DNA of 64,000 nt from Glycera tridactyla (taxonomy: Eukaryota), in NCBI GenBank assembly GCA_965644265.1, contig OZ286459.1, forward strand, positions 75,020,001 to 75,084,000, read 5' to 3'. The translations under genes were made by a program, and so were the position numbers. The first letter of the stretch is position 1. Every line of letters starts with the position of its first letter. The notes under the pieces were generated by a model. It had not been told where the DNA came from and did not search any database. It worked only from the letters and a program-made list of their open reading frames with translations. Of the stretch, positions 12,519 through 25,100 are shown piece after piece.

Positions 12519-13283
12519 AATGATGGACGCTCAATTGGCATATCATTAGCATATACACCCCAAATGCACTGTCATTGAGAGCTACCAATATGAGACGATG
12601 TATATTTTCACTCATTGTTATCGTCATCGAAGGGAGACTACATGCCTAGGTTAAATGACAACCTGTTGTATGCAAGAGAGAGAATTCATCCAAGCAGCAG
12701 CAGCGGGGAAGTCACACGATTGGCAGAATCACATGAACATGTCACATGATCAAAGATGGAATCAAACATGGTGGTAGGGTCACCTGGCAACCTACATACC
12801 CAAGATTTTCTCTACTTCTTAGCTCAGACCAAAGAACTCGCAAACGTCAGAACCACATGATTCTTGAGTTCGAAGTGGCTTAGTCCTGTCTAGTAGCAAA
12901 GAAAATCCCAGTAGTTTGAGCCCCAGATGAACTGGATTACTAATCATGAATTAAGGAAAGCAAAATTCTACAATCAACAAAAAATCATAACAAGAACAGA
13001 AAGCAACTAGTACTGAAATTATCCATGGACAATTCCAACATAATGCATCAATGATTGTAAATAAGTCAAAATTGAACTCAAAAAACCAAAATATGAAATT
13101 CATCTCATTTGAATGGATCGGGAACAAAATTAAAAACAGTCAAAATCTGTTTGGAGACTACACTCAGCATGTCAGACATACTCATTTTCATAATAGCTTG
13201 ACACAACTGCAAAAAGGAAGAATTCCAACACTGATATAAGGCAAAATTGATATAAAAGGCAAACAAATGTTATGAATACTAAC

Positions 13284-13571
13284 CCAATTCGCCAGTTGTG
13301 ACATCTACAGGATTACTGGGCATGCCACGGCCAATGTTATTGACGGCTACTACACGGAATTCGTACACTGTGTAGGCATCTAAGCCCATCACAGGGTAAT
13401 CAGTTCTAGTGACATCTGCAATCTCTTCATACAACGCCCCAGGAGTGTATTTACGTTTATACTGGATGATGTAGGATTCTATTGGTTCAGAGTTGCCCGA
13501 GTTCCAGGTCAACTTGACAGACGTGGCAGTCACGTCTGAGATAACTAGACTTGAGGGCGGTTTCGGCAAGG
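13284..13571 (-). CDS. Lar: LAR-family RPTP exon, fibronectin type III repeat 1 (ALPKPP...VDVTTGEL)
   Basis: 288 nt, phase 1-1. Acceptor ttttatctctttcctccag, donor TTGG|gttagt. FN3 core W, Y and YEFRVVAVNNIGRG-x-PS. Confidence 0.96.
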
Positions 13572-15798
13572 CTGGAGGAAAGAGATAAAATGAGTCAAAT
13601 TAGAAATCATTTAAGTGGCGAGCTGTCGTAGCCACCATCGCCGGGCATGGCAACCACGAGCAGACCAAGTCCAGATGTTCAAACACAATAATTGTATCAA
13701 ATCATATAAACTTGAATTATAAATCATTAAATGGCTGGAACATGCAGTTTGTACTACGGGGGCATTTGCATATGACATGAACTGAAGAAATAAGATCTCT
13801 GTAATAACCTGAAGTACGAGGTGCTGTCTAGACAAGATGGCATCTTATGTGCTCGCTTCTCATTAATGCCATCATTTGATGGCAAATCTCATGATGACCA
13901 GCTTCAATTCAATTCAATTCAAATTCAATTCAATTCAAAAATCTTTATTTATACTTCAACTATGATAGAATATCGCAAAGCAAATGATAATACCTTACCC
14001 TGAATTCCAATGAGTAGCTTCGACCAATCATGGCAGCCAACTATAAATTGAAGCTGAACTTAATCTTCAATTCCAGATATGATCTGTCTGAGACCATCAT
14101 TAGCATAGCAGCACATTTAAGATTTGATACATACTGCAGAAGGGTAAGCCATTTGACAGAATGCATATTTTTCTGGAATAATCATGTGACACCGAATCAT
14201 GTGAATTCATGGCTTTAATCACCTCTGAGATTCATCATGAGACTATGTTATTCATTGGTTGGATGATTAACTGGTTGATAAACAGCAGCATCATCCTCAT
14301 CACCATATCGACTTATCATCAACTATGAGGATGCCTTTTGGTCGTATTCACATGATCACCATCCTCGACTAACTTTAATGCAAATTTGCGATATTTATGT
14401 GATACTGTGATAATACGATGAGCGAATGGTCAGCTGTAGCTACAGTCAAAATCTTTTCAGCACAACTGTGAGTGGAATGAAGGATATCACATATGATACA
14501 AGAGTCTATTTTCGAAACCAATGCTCTCAAGAAGGTAGTCTCCAATCTTGATGAGATCTGAAAATGATTTTGTGATCTTCCAAAACAGATATCGAAAATA
14601 AATTTGTAACTTAGTTACGAGAATGCGTGACTATAATAGAAATGGCTCAATGTCAGATGCAGATACCACCCGCTACACACTAACATGCTGGTTGGCGGGC
14701 GTCAACCCATGAAGGTAAACGTTACGATATTGAGTCCACAACACAAACATATATTTATTATGCCACAAAACACAGCGATTTGTAGCCATATTCTGTACAC
14801 ATGCTCCCTACCTCAGAATTTATTCCAGTGACATAAACAATGGGACACAATTCTGTTCCACTGGAGTCACTGAAATAACAAGGAGTAGGAAGAATGGATA
14901 CACAAATCCTACACACTATACTGCATTACTCCCACTCTGCTCCACATTATGGATAGTTAAATATGAACATCAAAATTTTTTGTTTTTGTAAGGAAACACA
15001 AGATTACATTGAACAAACACCTAAAAGATTGAATATTTTATACAATGGTACAATTGTAAGCGGACTTATTCAGAATGAAAAGTGCAATGGACAAATATTG
15101 CTGCGGTGAACAATACACAAAGCATGGGTGAAAAAAGCTTGGGCCTTCTTGGTTCAGTCTGGAAGTTAGTGAAGGTATTGACTGATATGACTCAAGGTCT
15201 CTTCTATCCTGGCAGGATTATTTGAGACTTAGTTATGGTAGAGTCAAAGTGAGACTATGATATGGGGGATAATTTTAGGGTTTCTCTAACTAGCACTAAA
15301 AGGGTTAACTGAGTTTCCAAAATAAGCCTCATAAATGTGTATCATCGAGGCCTACTAGTTCAGGCACATCAGAACTACATCTTTTAACATGGAATCATGG
15401 ACTGAACTATTAATGCATGAGGTACATCTTCAGAAAAACGATCATAATTCATTTATCATTCCTTCGAAAAAATACCTAGAACCAAATTCCTGAATTGGCT
15501 AACCAAATTTTACAGAACTCTCGGTGCTTGCTTAATGCAGGTTTTTCTATCATACTGCATTACTGCAACTGGCTTATGTCACCTTTTGGCAGGGTGAATG
15601 CAATCGTATCGTCCAATATTGTCTTGAGAACACAGTATATGACCCAAACTAAGGCTTGATGGCCCAAGAAATCATCTGCAATTGAATATATATAAAAACT
15701 GGCAAGTTCGTCAGGAAAAGGCTACCAGGTTTTGAATTGATGAGCATAATTGAAGCCGAGGCTAGCCTATACTGCCTATTCATAGACAGATATGAGTA

Positions 15799-15973
15799 CA
15801 GTCTAACCTGTCCTAGGCAGTCACTGTACTAAGCAGCCACCTGCCCTAAGCAGCCATTTTTGAATTTCCCATCGGGGTTTTTCTACTTTATAATCAACCT
15901 GCTCTAAGCAGCCACCTGCCCTAAGCCACTTTTTGGCTTCCCGAAGGGTGGCTGCTTAGGACAGGTTTGACTG
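15799..15973 (+). mobile_element. MITE, Tc1/mariner-pogo type (TAAGCAGCCAC family)
   Basis: TA|CAGTCTAACCTGTCCTAGGCAG ... GCTGCTTAGGACAGGTTTGACTG|TA, with internal TAAGCAGCCAC repeats. Strand is relative orientation only. Confidence 0.9.
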
Positions 15974-16629
15974 TAATTCATACAGTCGTTGAGGGTAGTA
16001 AAGCAGAAGGGCAAGGCATATGACCTGACAGGGACTAGCCTAAATCATGCATACCATGTTTTTTTTCTAACATGAGCCAACTATTGAGTCAATAATGAAA
16101 TAATATTGATTTGTGACTGTTCTGTGTTCTGTGGAAAGTGTTTCAGGTGACCAAACATTTGGATGACCCTAATGACGAAATGAGGTTAGAGGATGAAGGC
16201 TTTTATACAAAATATCTTCATCTACGTGATATTTGGATCAAAAATATAAATATTCTTGTTCAAGGAGTTTTTTGTTGCTCCGATTTTGATGCCTTAGTCT
16301 GTTCGTTATCTAGCAAGACACTCTTTAATCTATGTGCATATTTGTGCCTAGGAGATGGGGGACTGGTCAAGAAGGCCCAGCTATATTGGTTAACACCATA
16401 AATTTACAATTGAAAATAAGACAAAACTAGTGACAACGAGCAACTTTTGTTACCAGCCTTACATGTTGGAGCCTATCTCAATTTCCATCTTATAAATAAT
16501 CATAACATCCCCAAACCTTATCACAGCAGCAATCAAGGGGTCCCTCTTTCAATGGGAATTAACACTGAGAGTATATTGTCAATGGAACACCACTGCAATC
16601 ACAAATTCCATGTCCAAAATTGATTTGGT

Positions 16630-16725
16630 TCCCATGCTTGGATTTGAACCTCGATCATCCAAATGGCATCAGTCCAAGAGTCTGTTAAGGAAGAGCAGCC
16701 TGACTACTGACCAGTCAGACTACTA
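16630..16725 (-). mobile_element. Possible decayed tRNA-derived SINE head
   Basis: Minus strand has an A-box-like TAGTCTGACTGG and a B-box-like GGTTCAAATCC about 60 nt apart. It does not fold as a tRNA. Confidence 0.25.
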
Positions 16726-17792
16726 CAACTGATAGCGAAACAAGCAAGCCCCAAAAAAAGCAAGCTCGGAGCCTATCCTGTGACAAATACAGACATCCAA
16801 AGCACCTGACCAAAATTGTATATCTGAGTCATTTGAGATTCAAACACTCCGAAAAACCAGTATATTACTGGCAATGTATTTTACCGTCACAGTGAAGCAT
16901 CCATTGAACAGTACCTTCAATGCCATCCCCTCCCATTGCATTCAAATTTCTCAAATGTCGACTCTGGTCCCAGACACTACAATATTCATGGAAATATACT
17001 GACAGTTGCTCACTCTAGAAATACACCAAATTTGAAATTTCACTCTTCACGTGCAACCAAACAAAAAATCTAAAATGTGATCAGGCCTGTATGTGTCCAA
17101 ACTATGATATGTGCATAGTCCTGATGAATTCCCTGGTATTTGGTGTATTTAGTGAAACCAGATCATATAAGATTTCAGACATAATCAGCTGTAGTGATGA
17201 GAATTTCCCACTTCAAATTCACACCTTGAGATACACAAGTATCACAAACTGTAAAATGGCAACGGGAAGTTCTGATCAGAGCAAACATATAGGGCTCAAT
17301 CGTGAATATTCAAGCAACATGAACTGTCATCTGCCATTATTCTGAGTGAGCTGCTGACTAAACCCCAAAAATCAGCAGCATCAGATATAGTTGATGACAA
17401 TTGCATGTCATGTGCATGTATTATATATATATATATACATATACATTATACAAAAGTGATGTGAGCAATCCTGAACAAATGGATTATGATATTTCAAGTT
17501 TCATGGATGACCCAATCATCCTTGCACTTCTTTAAATTATTACTTGTATCAATTCTAATCTGTTTTGAGATATGATACGGTCAATAGTTTTACTGGAGTC
17601 AATTCCATGATACCAGCAATTTTTTGTTGTTCCTTCTTCAAAATGAAACCAAGCAATGAATATCATGCCAAGGATGCAAGGGTCATAGATAAATTAGTAA
17701 TTTTGTGATTTCAGTATTGTAAATGGAATTACTGGAATGTATATTATTAGGTTGTTGTAGCCAGGTCCCTGAGCCTGACAAATACACAGTAC

Positions 17793-18062
17793 CTTTGACC
17801 TTGACCTGTGCAACTGCCTCAATATTGCCAAGGTCAGATGCAGCAACGCAGGTGTAGTTCATCGACTGTGTCACATCCGTGAGCATCAAAACATTTTTCC
17901 CAATGGGCATGGTGTCTTCTGGTGTTAAATCGACGTTGTTGAGACGCCATTTGACATAAGGCATTGGGGAACCGACAGCAACGCAGGTGATATTGACAGC
18001 ACCTCCTGGCATCACCTCAACGCTGTCAGGTGGTATTGAGAAATGAGGTGGTACGCGGCGCA
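17793..18062 (-). CDS. Lar: LAR-family RPTP exon, Ig3 ([12 protein letters not shown]...[22 protein letters not shown])
   Basis: 270 nt, phase 1-1. Branch-like tctaat plus acceptor ttcttcctgtgtttcttttctgccag, donor AAAG|gtactg. Diagnostic VRRVPP-x-FSIPP, PGG[18 protein letters not shown]. Confidence 0.97.
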
Positions 18063-18964
18063 CTGGCAGAAAAGAAACACAGGAAGAACAAATTAGATGA
18101 GATTTCAATATTTCATGCCCGGCTAATCCATGGAAGCATGAAAAGGAGGCAATGTTTCAATTGAGTGACATTTGTAAGAGTGACACAACATAATGCTATC
18201 AATACATCACAATACTGAGTGTATACTTAAAAAATATACCCATTATCTATCACTTAAAATAAAGACTACAAAGTTACGGAAGCTTACATGATGGCAAAAA
18301 GAAATAAATAAGAAATATAGATGAACTAATATTCATTTGCACCAGATGTCTCTGGTGAATTCCAGTAAGAACATCATGTCTGATATATACAAATGCGCAA
18401 AACAGACAATAATAAGCTAATGACCTAATAGTGGTGCATTTCTTTCATGCAAAACCAAGATTAAGGATCCGTCAATCTATGAAAATTATTCTTTCATGCC
18501 CCTGGTGAAAGATTACCATGATCCCCATGAATAAAGGATCAATTATTCAAATCGACCCTGATATATTATACCATTTCAATCTGGTCAGAAATATATTGAT
18601 TCATTTCACCTACCATAAAAATGAGTAATTCCCATGAAAATGGCAGACCACAACAGTTACAGGGAAATTTGGTGGAAAAAGCGAATGTCTCTACTAGTCT
18701 GAAACTGATGGCTAAATATATAGATTGATGATCCCATTTCATAAATCTGTCATTATTTCTGATGCTACATTCAGAGTATTTTTCAAGTATGCTATCCATT
18801 ACAGGATTCTATAGTACACTCTGCCAAACTTTATCACTAGCAAGTGTATTGATGAATACCATGCAAGATTTCAGATTTCACACAACTAGTTCATGCTGGA
18901 ACTAGACTAACTACATGCATCAATGAAAACATTCTCACAATGAGCGAATAATGGATATTGAACA

Positions 18965-19189
18965 CAGGGCTCGACATTAATTTTCCTTTTAGCTGTCCTC
19001 AAGGTAGGTGAATTGGGATATTCACCCGCCATCGACTACATTTTCACCTGCCCCCCCCCCTGGATATATACATAGACTAATCAACACTTATGTACCTGTC
19101 CATTAGACAGGCCAACTAATAGAATTACTTGCACTCCAAATAAATATGCTGGTTTGTGCCAGTAGGTCAGGCCTTAATGTAGAGCCCTC
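18965..19189. mobile_element. Probable hAT-like MITE
   Basis: CAGGGCTCGACATTAA versus TTAATGTAGAGCCCTC (14/16 inverted match). GAACA occurs on both flanks, but no clean 8-bp TSD. Confidence 0.55.
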
Positions 19190-22100
19190 GAACAATGCTG
19201 AAAATCTGTGCCTGGGGTTTTGATTATCAAAACAAATTGTGATGAGATAGCTTGCATAGGAGTGGCATTTCCAGCAGCTTGAATGAGTACCACACAGGTA
19301 CTTTCTTCTGATGATGAAAGATAATTGGTGAAGTCTCTCAGTGAGGAAAACCACTCACATTGCAGCTTACCGAGATACCAAATGAAAACGACCAATCAAG
19401 CTGCAGTTTCAGGGTATCCTCAGGACACTGGCAACGTCACATGTTATTGTGCACATCTGCCATATGTAATTCATATACACTTTTATTAGAATCCTTGTGC
19501 TAGAGAATAGGTTCAACCAGAATTCAACTATCACCGGCCAATATCAACCATCGTGTCTCAAGGGTGCATTTTGATAGAAGCCATCTCGTGATCTCCACGA
19601 GGATGCCTTCTGTTCCTACACCAGGCACATTTATTCAACAAGATACGGTCTTGAACAACAGGCATATCATAGCTGAGGGTCCATTCCATGCCATGCAAAA
19701 TACTAGCAATCATCAATCACATGCCAGACATGGAACTTCAATTCATAAATGACCTTTGGTCGGGAAAAACTCCCATCTTTTCTATGCTGAACAACGGAAC
19801 TGTCCGGTACTTGAGTAGAGCCTCATTGAAGTCTTGAATTGTGTTCAACATCATGTCGCTTCCAAAGAATGATATCGTGATGATCTATATTGGTGAGTGG
19901 GTTTTTACCAATCACACAACATGCATCTCCTTATCTGAATTCACAGTCAGGTATATACTGCCTAGCCTCAATGAGTTAGAATGGAGTTAGATTCAACATC
20001 TGAAATGCCTGATTTTGCTTGAATATTTGCTAAATGGAGCAAGTTTCTCTTAGAATCTATGGATGCACAAGTGGCAAACAATCTCATTGCTATGGCATTG
20101 TTCTCTGTGTGAAAATGAAGCCGAATATAGACAATGAAATCAATGATCATTCAATGATGCTCTGGGGTGAAGGGCTCAGATTAAGTTGAGGTCCTGGATA
20201 ATTTGCCTGAATTCTTCATGAGATATTTCAATCAAAAGACATTTGAATAACGTGTATGAACCAAAAACATTCACAGAATTTAAAATTATTTATTCATTCC
20301 ATAATTAGGTTACTTTCATCTGACTCAAGAATAAAGATGTGGTTTGTGAATGTGATACAACATCAGTGATGTCATGTAATCCATATGATAGCTGAAATTC
20401 ATTCCAGGGCATGGATGCAAGATGAAAAAAAGTGAAAACCCAGAAAGAGAAAAGAATCACACCAAATGACCCTCTCTCAGTGGTACTATTCTCATTGCAC
20501 CTTCTGTGTGTTTTAATTTTGTGACATTCTGCTGTGAAATGACGTGGTACCAACGGAAAACTTATTTATGATGAAATTTAAGCAGAGGTCAAAATTTACG
20601 TGCAGAGCAGAGAATAATCAAGACATTGCTCAAAAGATGATTCAGTTCTTCATAACTTTTGGAAGAAAACATTTTTGAACGATTACCTAATGATACAATT
20701 ACTCATGACATGCACCGGTTAAATGTTTACCCGATGTTTGTTATAATTATCTGTTTTCATGATGATGATGATGGTATTAGTATAGAAAATGACTAGCCTA
20801 CCTGTTTGAGTCACATAACAGGCCAATACTTTGAGTCTTTCAGACAACTGAATTATTTTGAAGGAAATAGGACGAAAACATTGAATGACCGGTTGTTGTA
20901 CCTGAGTGTGTTTTAGTCCTTACTATGCATCCCATGGCATACATTAGGTAAGCCTTGGCGGACGTCAATATCATTTCACTGTGATAATTGAGGCAGTATC
21001 TATTGTTGTTTTCTGTATATGTAATTTCTTTATCTGTATCTCGAGCCCGGATGATACAGGCACTCCTCCGTGGCAAGAGAAACTAAATAAAAGTTATGTT
21101 ATGTTATCATTAGATATCTTCATATAATAATCTGATTCATATAACCTCAGACTGAAAATACTGGTGATGAGATCACAAGACAGCTGACAGGTACATCAGA
21201 GTGGGAAGAGCAGTGGGATTGGAGGTGATGTCAATTTGACCAACCTGACCGTGTACCTGACTGCTGCATCTTTCTGGTTTACGAAGACCTGAGATAGGTG
21301 CTACACACTTTGAATTCCACAGTCCTTACCAACCAAACACCATTTTCTTGAGACATTATAATATAGCAGACTAAGGAACAGATTTCTGGAAGATGAAATT
21401 GGATGAAAAAAACATATCTGAAAAGAACCAGTCACTAGGATGGCAGATATGCTAAACAGTTGTGAAGTAGGAAAGTTAAGAAGTGAGATGATATCGTTTC
21501 TCGGGTGATTCTACAAAAACCGATCAATGCTTGAATGCGCTATTTGTTAGTCTGAAAGGCAACATTGAGTACATAGTTTGGTTAGTGTTTGCTAGATTGG
21601 AGTGTAACTTATATATCTCAGAAACATGGTTAGAGGGTGTCAAAAGAATCTCTGCCATAATGTGCACTGTACATCTCATACTGGCCAGTATGGACGCAAA
21701 CCAAGAGAATTGTTGCATGCAAAAGCAGTCAAGAAAGGATCGGTTCCACTGTCTGAGGCCAAGATTGAGACAGAAAGTTCATTCCGGGAGACATTGTCAT
21801 ATTTCGATAACATTTACGACATGATAGCCAATAATTGATGAATTTGTCCAGGCTAAATTTGTGATATTTGAAATTCGATGAAAGCTGAAATACACTTAAG
21901 AACTTTTGAAAACACATTTTGAGATGTTAGACATGTATTATGCCACTTCAGCTGAGTGAATATGAATCCAGGTAGCTATCTTGGTACGCTAAAAAAGAAA
22001 ATATACTTTTGAAGTTCCTTATCAATTCCCAATATCAGAAACAGATGTGAGGGGTGAGAATGATCAAAACAGAATGAAAATGACCATGAAAGCTGATCCA

Positions 22101-25100
22101 CATGCAGCATCACCAGTTCCTTTCTGAAATGACCTGAAATTCATTTCAGCTGATATTTATCTGATGAACTTAATGTGCTGTGAATTTGAACTCCACTATG
22201 ATAGATTTTTGTCGAAATTAATACTACCAAAGGTTTCTTTTTCCACCAGCCACATGTACAGGTATATATGCTGAATATGTGAAGTCGTCAATCAGTGAAG
22301 GATTAATATATCATGTACAATCTCTGCCGAATTGTAAGGCAAAATATCTTTAGTATATCAGTTACCTTGACATCAACCGTGTTGAGATGATAGCAAATCA
22401 ATAAAATTTTGCAAATTAATGCTTACGTAATGAACTGTATTTCTTCAGATTGTCAACTGAAACTCTACCGTTAATCTAAAGGATTGTCATCTCAAGTAGA
22501 TGAACTGATTTGATCGATCTTTTATTAAGAATCAACCAGATATTCACACCATCCCTATATAACCACCCCTGCTTCGGAAATCCCAGTTGTGTGGCGTTGA
22601 CATCAGTCATTATCTGAAGATATGATTAACAGATCAATATATCTTTTCAGAAATAGCATATTATTTTAGAAGTTGATGTTGACCATTGAATTAGTATAAG
22701 AGTACTAGTGCACAAAATCACACAGATATAGAGGTTTCTAAGAACGCAGCGCCAGATGTTCAACTGCCAGAAGTGGGTCAGTGAGTAACTGGGTCAGTAG
22801 GTCAGCAGCGCTTGCTAAATCCATGGCGCTGCAATGCATTTCGATTCCATTCTCAAGAATTTTAGACCGAATACCTTCATCATCGCTCAGCAAAGGATGG
22901 TAATGTGGTAGGCCCAATGTAGGCGCCACAACTGTGGTTGTCTCGACTTAGCACAGTGTATCAAGGTGTAGCAGTAGTAGTAGTAGTGTGTGACAAGTTC
23001 AGCAGCACCCAACGCCAAGTTAACCAAAGAAAGAGACAGACAGAGAAAGATACGACTGAGAGAGCTATCACCAGCACCTGCCTGTCACCCAACCACACAT
23101 GTGAACACTGAACATAATAAAGTGGTAGCTTCTGCCATGGGCAAGGTATGGGTGCAACATAACCCCACTGTTTGCAAGATATGACTGACAATTCTTAGCA
23201 ACAAGATAGAAAAGTACACACTGAATAAAATTTCCAAATAGGTACATTGTTTCCTTTGGAGGACAATCTCTAATTCATGAGGAGCATTCCTTGTTCACAC
23301 CCAGGAATAGCAAAATTTGACAAACCATACTGCAAATCTCAAGTGAGCAAGGCTCATACTTGAGAATTTCTCAGTCATATCCCCAACTGATGGTTTTGTA
23401 TTCATGCCACTCTTGAAGCCAATAATTGAATATCGTTATATAATTATGTATGGAGAAAATGAAACAAGCTGCATTGCTCTCATTCATGATGGTTACCAGC
23501 TCCTGTGAGATGTTTAAGAGCTGGAATACAAAGTCTGTGCAGTTAGGAAAGTGAACCCAATAAGCATCTTGAATACAGTAAACATTGGATGATAGACCAT
23601 AAGATTAACTGTCAGGTGAAAGAATCTGTCAGCTCTTACACACCTCTACCACTATCACATAGCACAGATGTGTGTAGTTTGAAGAATTAACATGGATAAT
23701 TGATATTCTACATTTGTTGGCCTCAAGTGTGGCATGAAACTATGTTGCATCACCACATAAACATCGATAAAAGTCACAGAACTGTGCAGAATTGTAGCAA
23801 TGCACATCGAATAAGAAAAAGATACATTTGAAACAACAAATATGTGCATCGGGGGAAAGCAACTCGAGTCCTGCTACGCTGATTCAATCACAAATGATCA
23901 CAAGTTTGTCTGATGTTGGTATGTTTCACATTCCACTTCTGGATCTCTATGTGTTCTCTCAATCTTTAAATCTAAGTCAAACACACTAAATCACACGAGC
24001 ATGCATGCAAATATACAAACTGAACCATTACAGCTTTCTTCTTGTACTGCAATCTTACCTCCTAAAAGTGAAAACAAACTTCAGCTAAATTTTGGCAAAC
24101 CGGAGAACTCCAAAAGTCAATCTGATACAGGCTATTCAAGCTAAGTTTAGATGAATGTCTCTTTAGCATTCACCGTGTCCTGGTGTACTCTACATCATCT
24201 ATAAACTATACAATATTCGACGCCATCTGAGCTAGAATTCCAAGACTAGAAGAATCCTGAACTCTCTCGATTTGAATATAAACATCTGATTGGCCAAATT
24301 GACACTGTCTTGGGAAATAGCTCCTCCATAAAATACTTGATGATATGATGAAATACAAAAAGGTCCAGCTTCAGTGAATTTAGGCTGTCCTTCACTTTGG
24401 GCTTGACATTGTAATATGACCCAGGTTTCAACATCGTGGGATTCCCCATGATGTGTGATTTGCATAGCTCCAGATTTTCTGACCAATTGTGGGGTCGATA
24501 TGGCCTATGAGCTAGAAACACTATGGGCCATATTTCAAAATGATGGGCCATCTCCTATTAATATATGGTTGATGAGGACAAAAGCCCAGCCAGTAGACCC
24601 ATAATAGGTGATATCAAAGGGCCAAAAAGGTAAAAATGGGGTTGATGGCCCAGGCCCATCAATAATCTGAAGCCCTTTAACTTAGCTCATCATCACAGAT
24701 CATGTTCATGCTTTATGACTACTCTTTAAAAGGTGGAGATTTTAGGGAGACTAATTCTCATACAACTACCATATTTGAATGTGTGACATACAGCAACAGC
24801 AAACTTAAGTACAGATGAAGCAGCTTTCTGTTTTTCAATGGGTAAGATGAAGGATTTCCTACCACCTGAACAAAAATATGTGAATATCTACTGGCAGGTA
24901 CAGGTTCATATTTCACATGACTGATGCAGAGTAATCCATCCCCTTGAGAGGATATGATGTTGTGAATGATTTTGGTGCTGATACCTGTTGAAATCCCGCT
25001 TTAACTAAATGAGGAAGAATCATGTACAGTGTCTAAAATAAAAGGGCATTGTTTGGTCAATTGTGCATTGGGTCCAGAGATAGATCATTCATGATTTACT

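Noticed and set aside
12820-12880. tRNA-like TAGCTCAG...GAGTTCGA
   Set aside because: No cloverleaf can be formed and the boxes are degenerate.
22961-23191. Hydrophobic 76-aa ORF as an alternative signal-peptide first exon
   Set aside because: It is out of frame with the downstream exon candidate and ends in a stop. The hydrophobicity comes from CT-rich low-complexity sequence.
24399-24676. Possible second hAT-like MITE
   Set aside because: The putative TIRs match only loosely and no TSD is visible.
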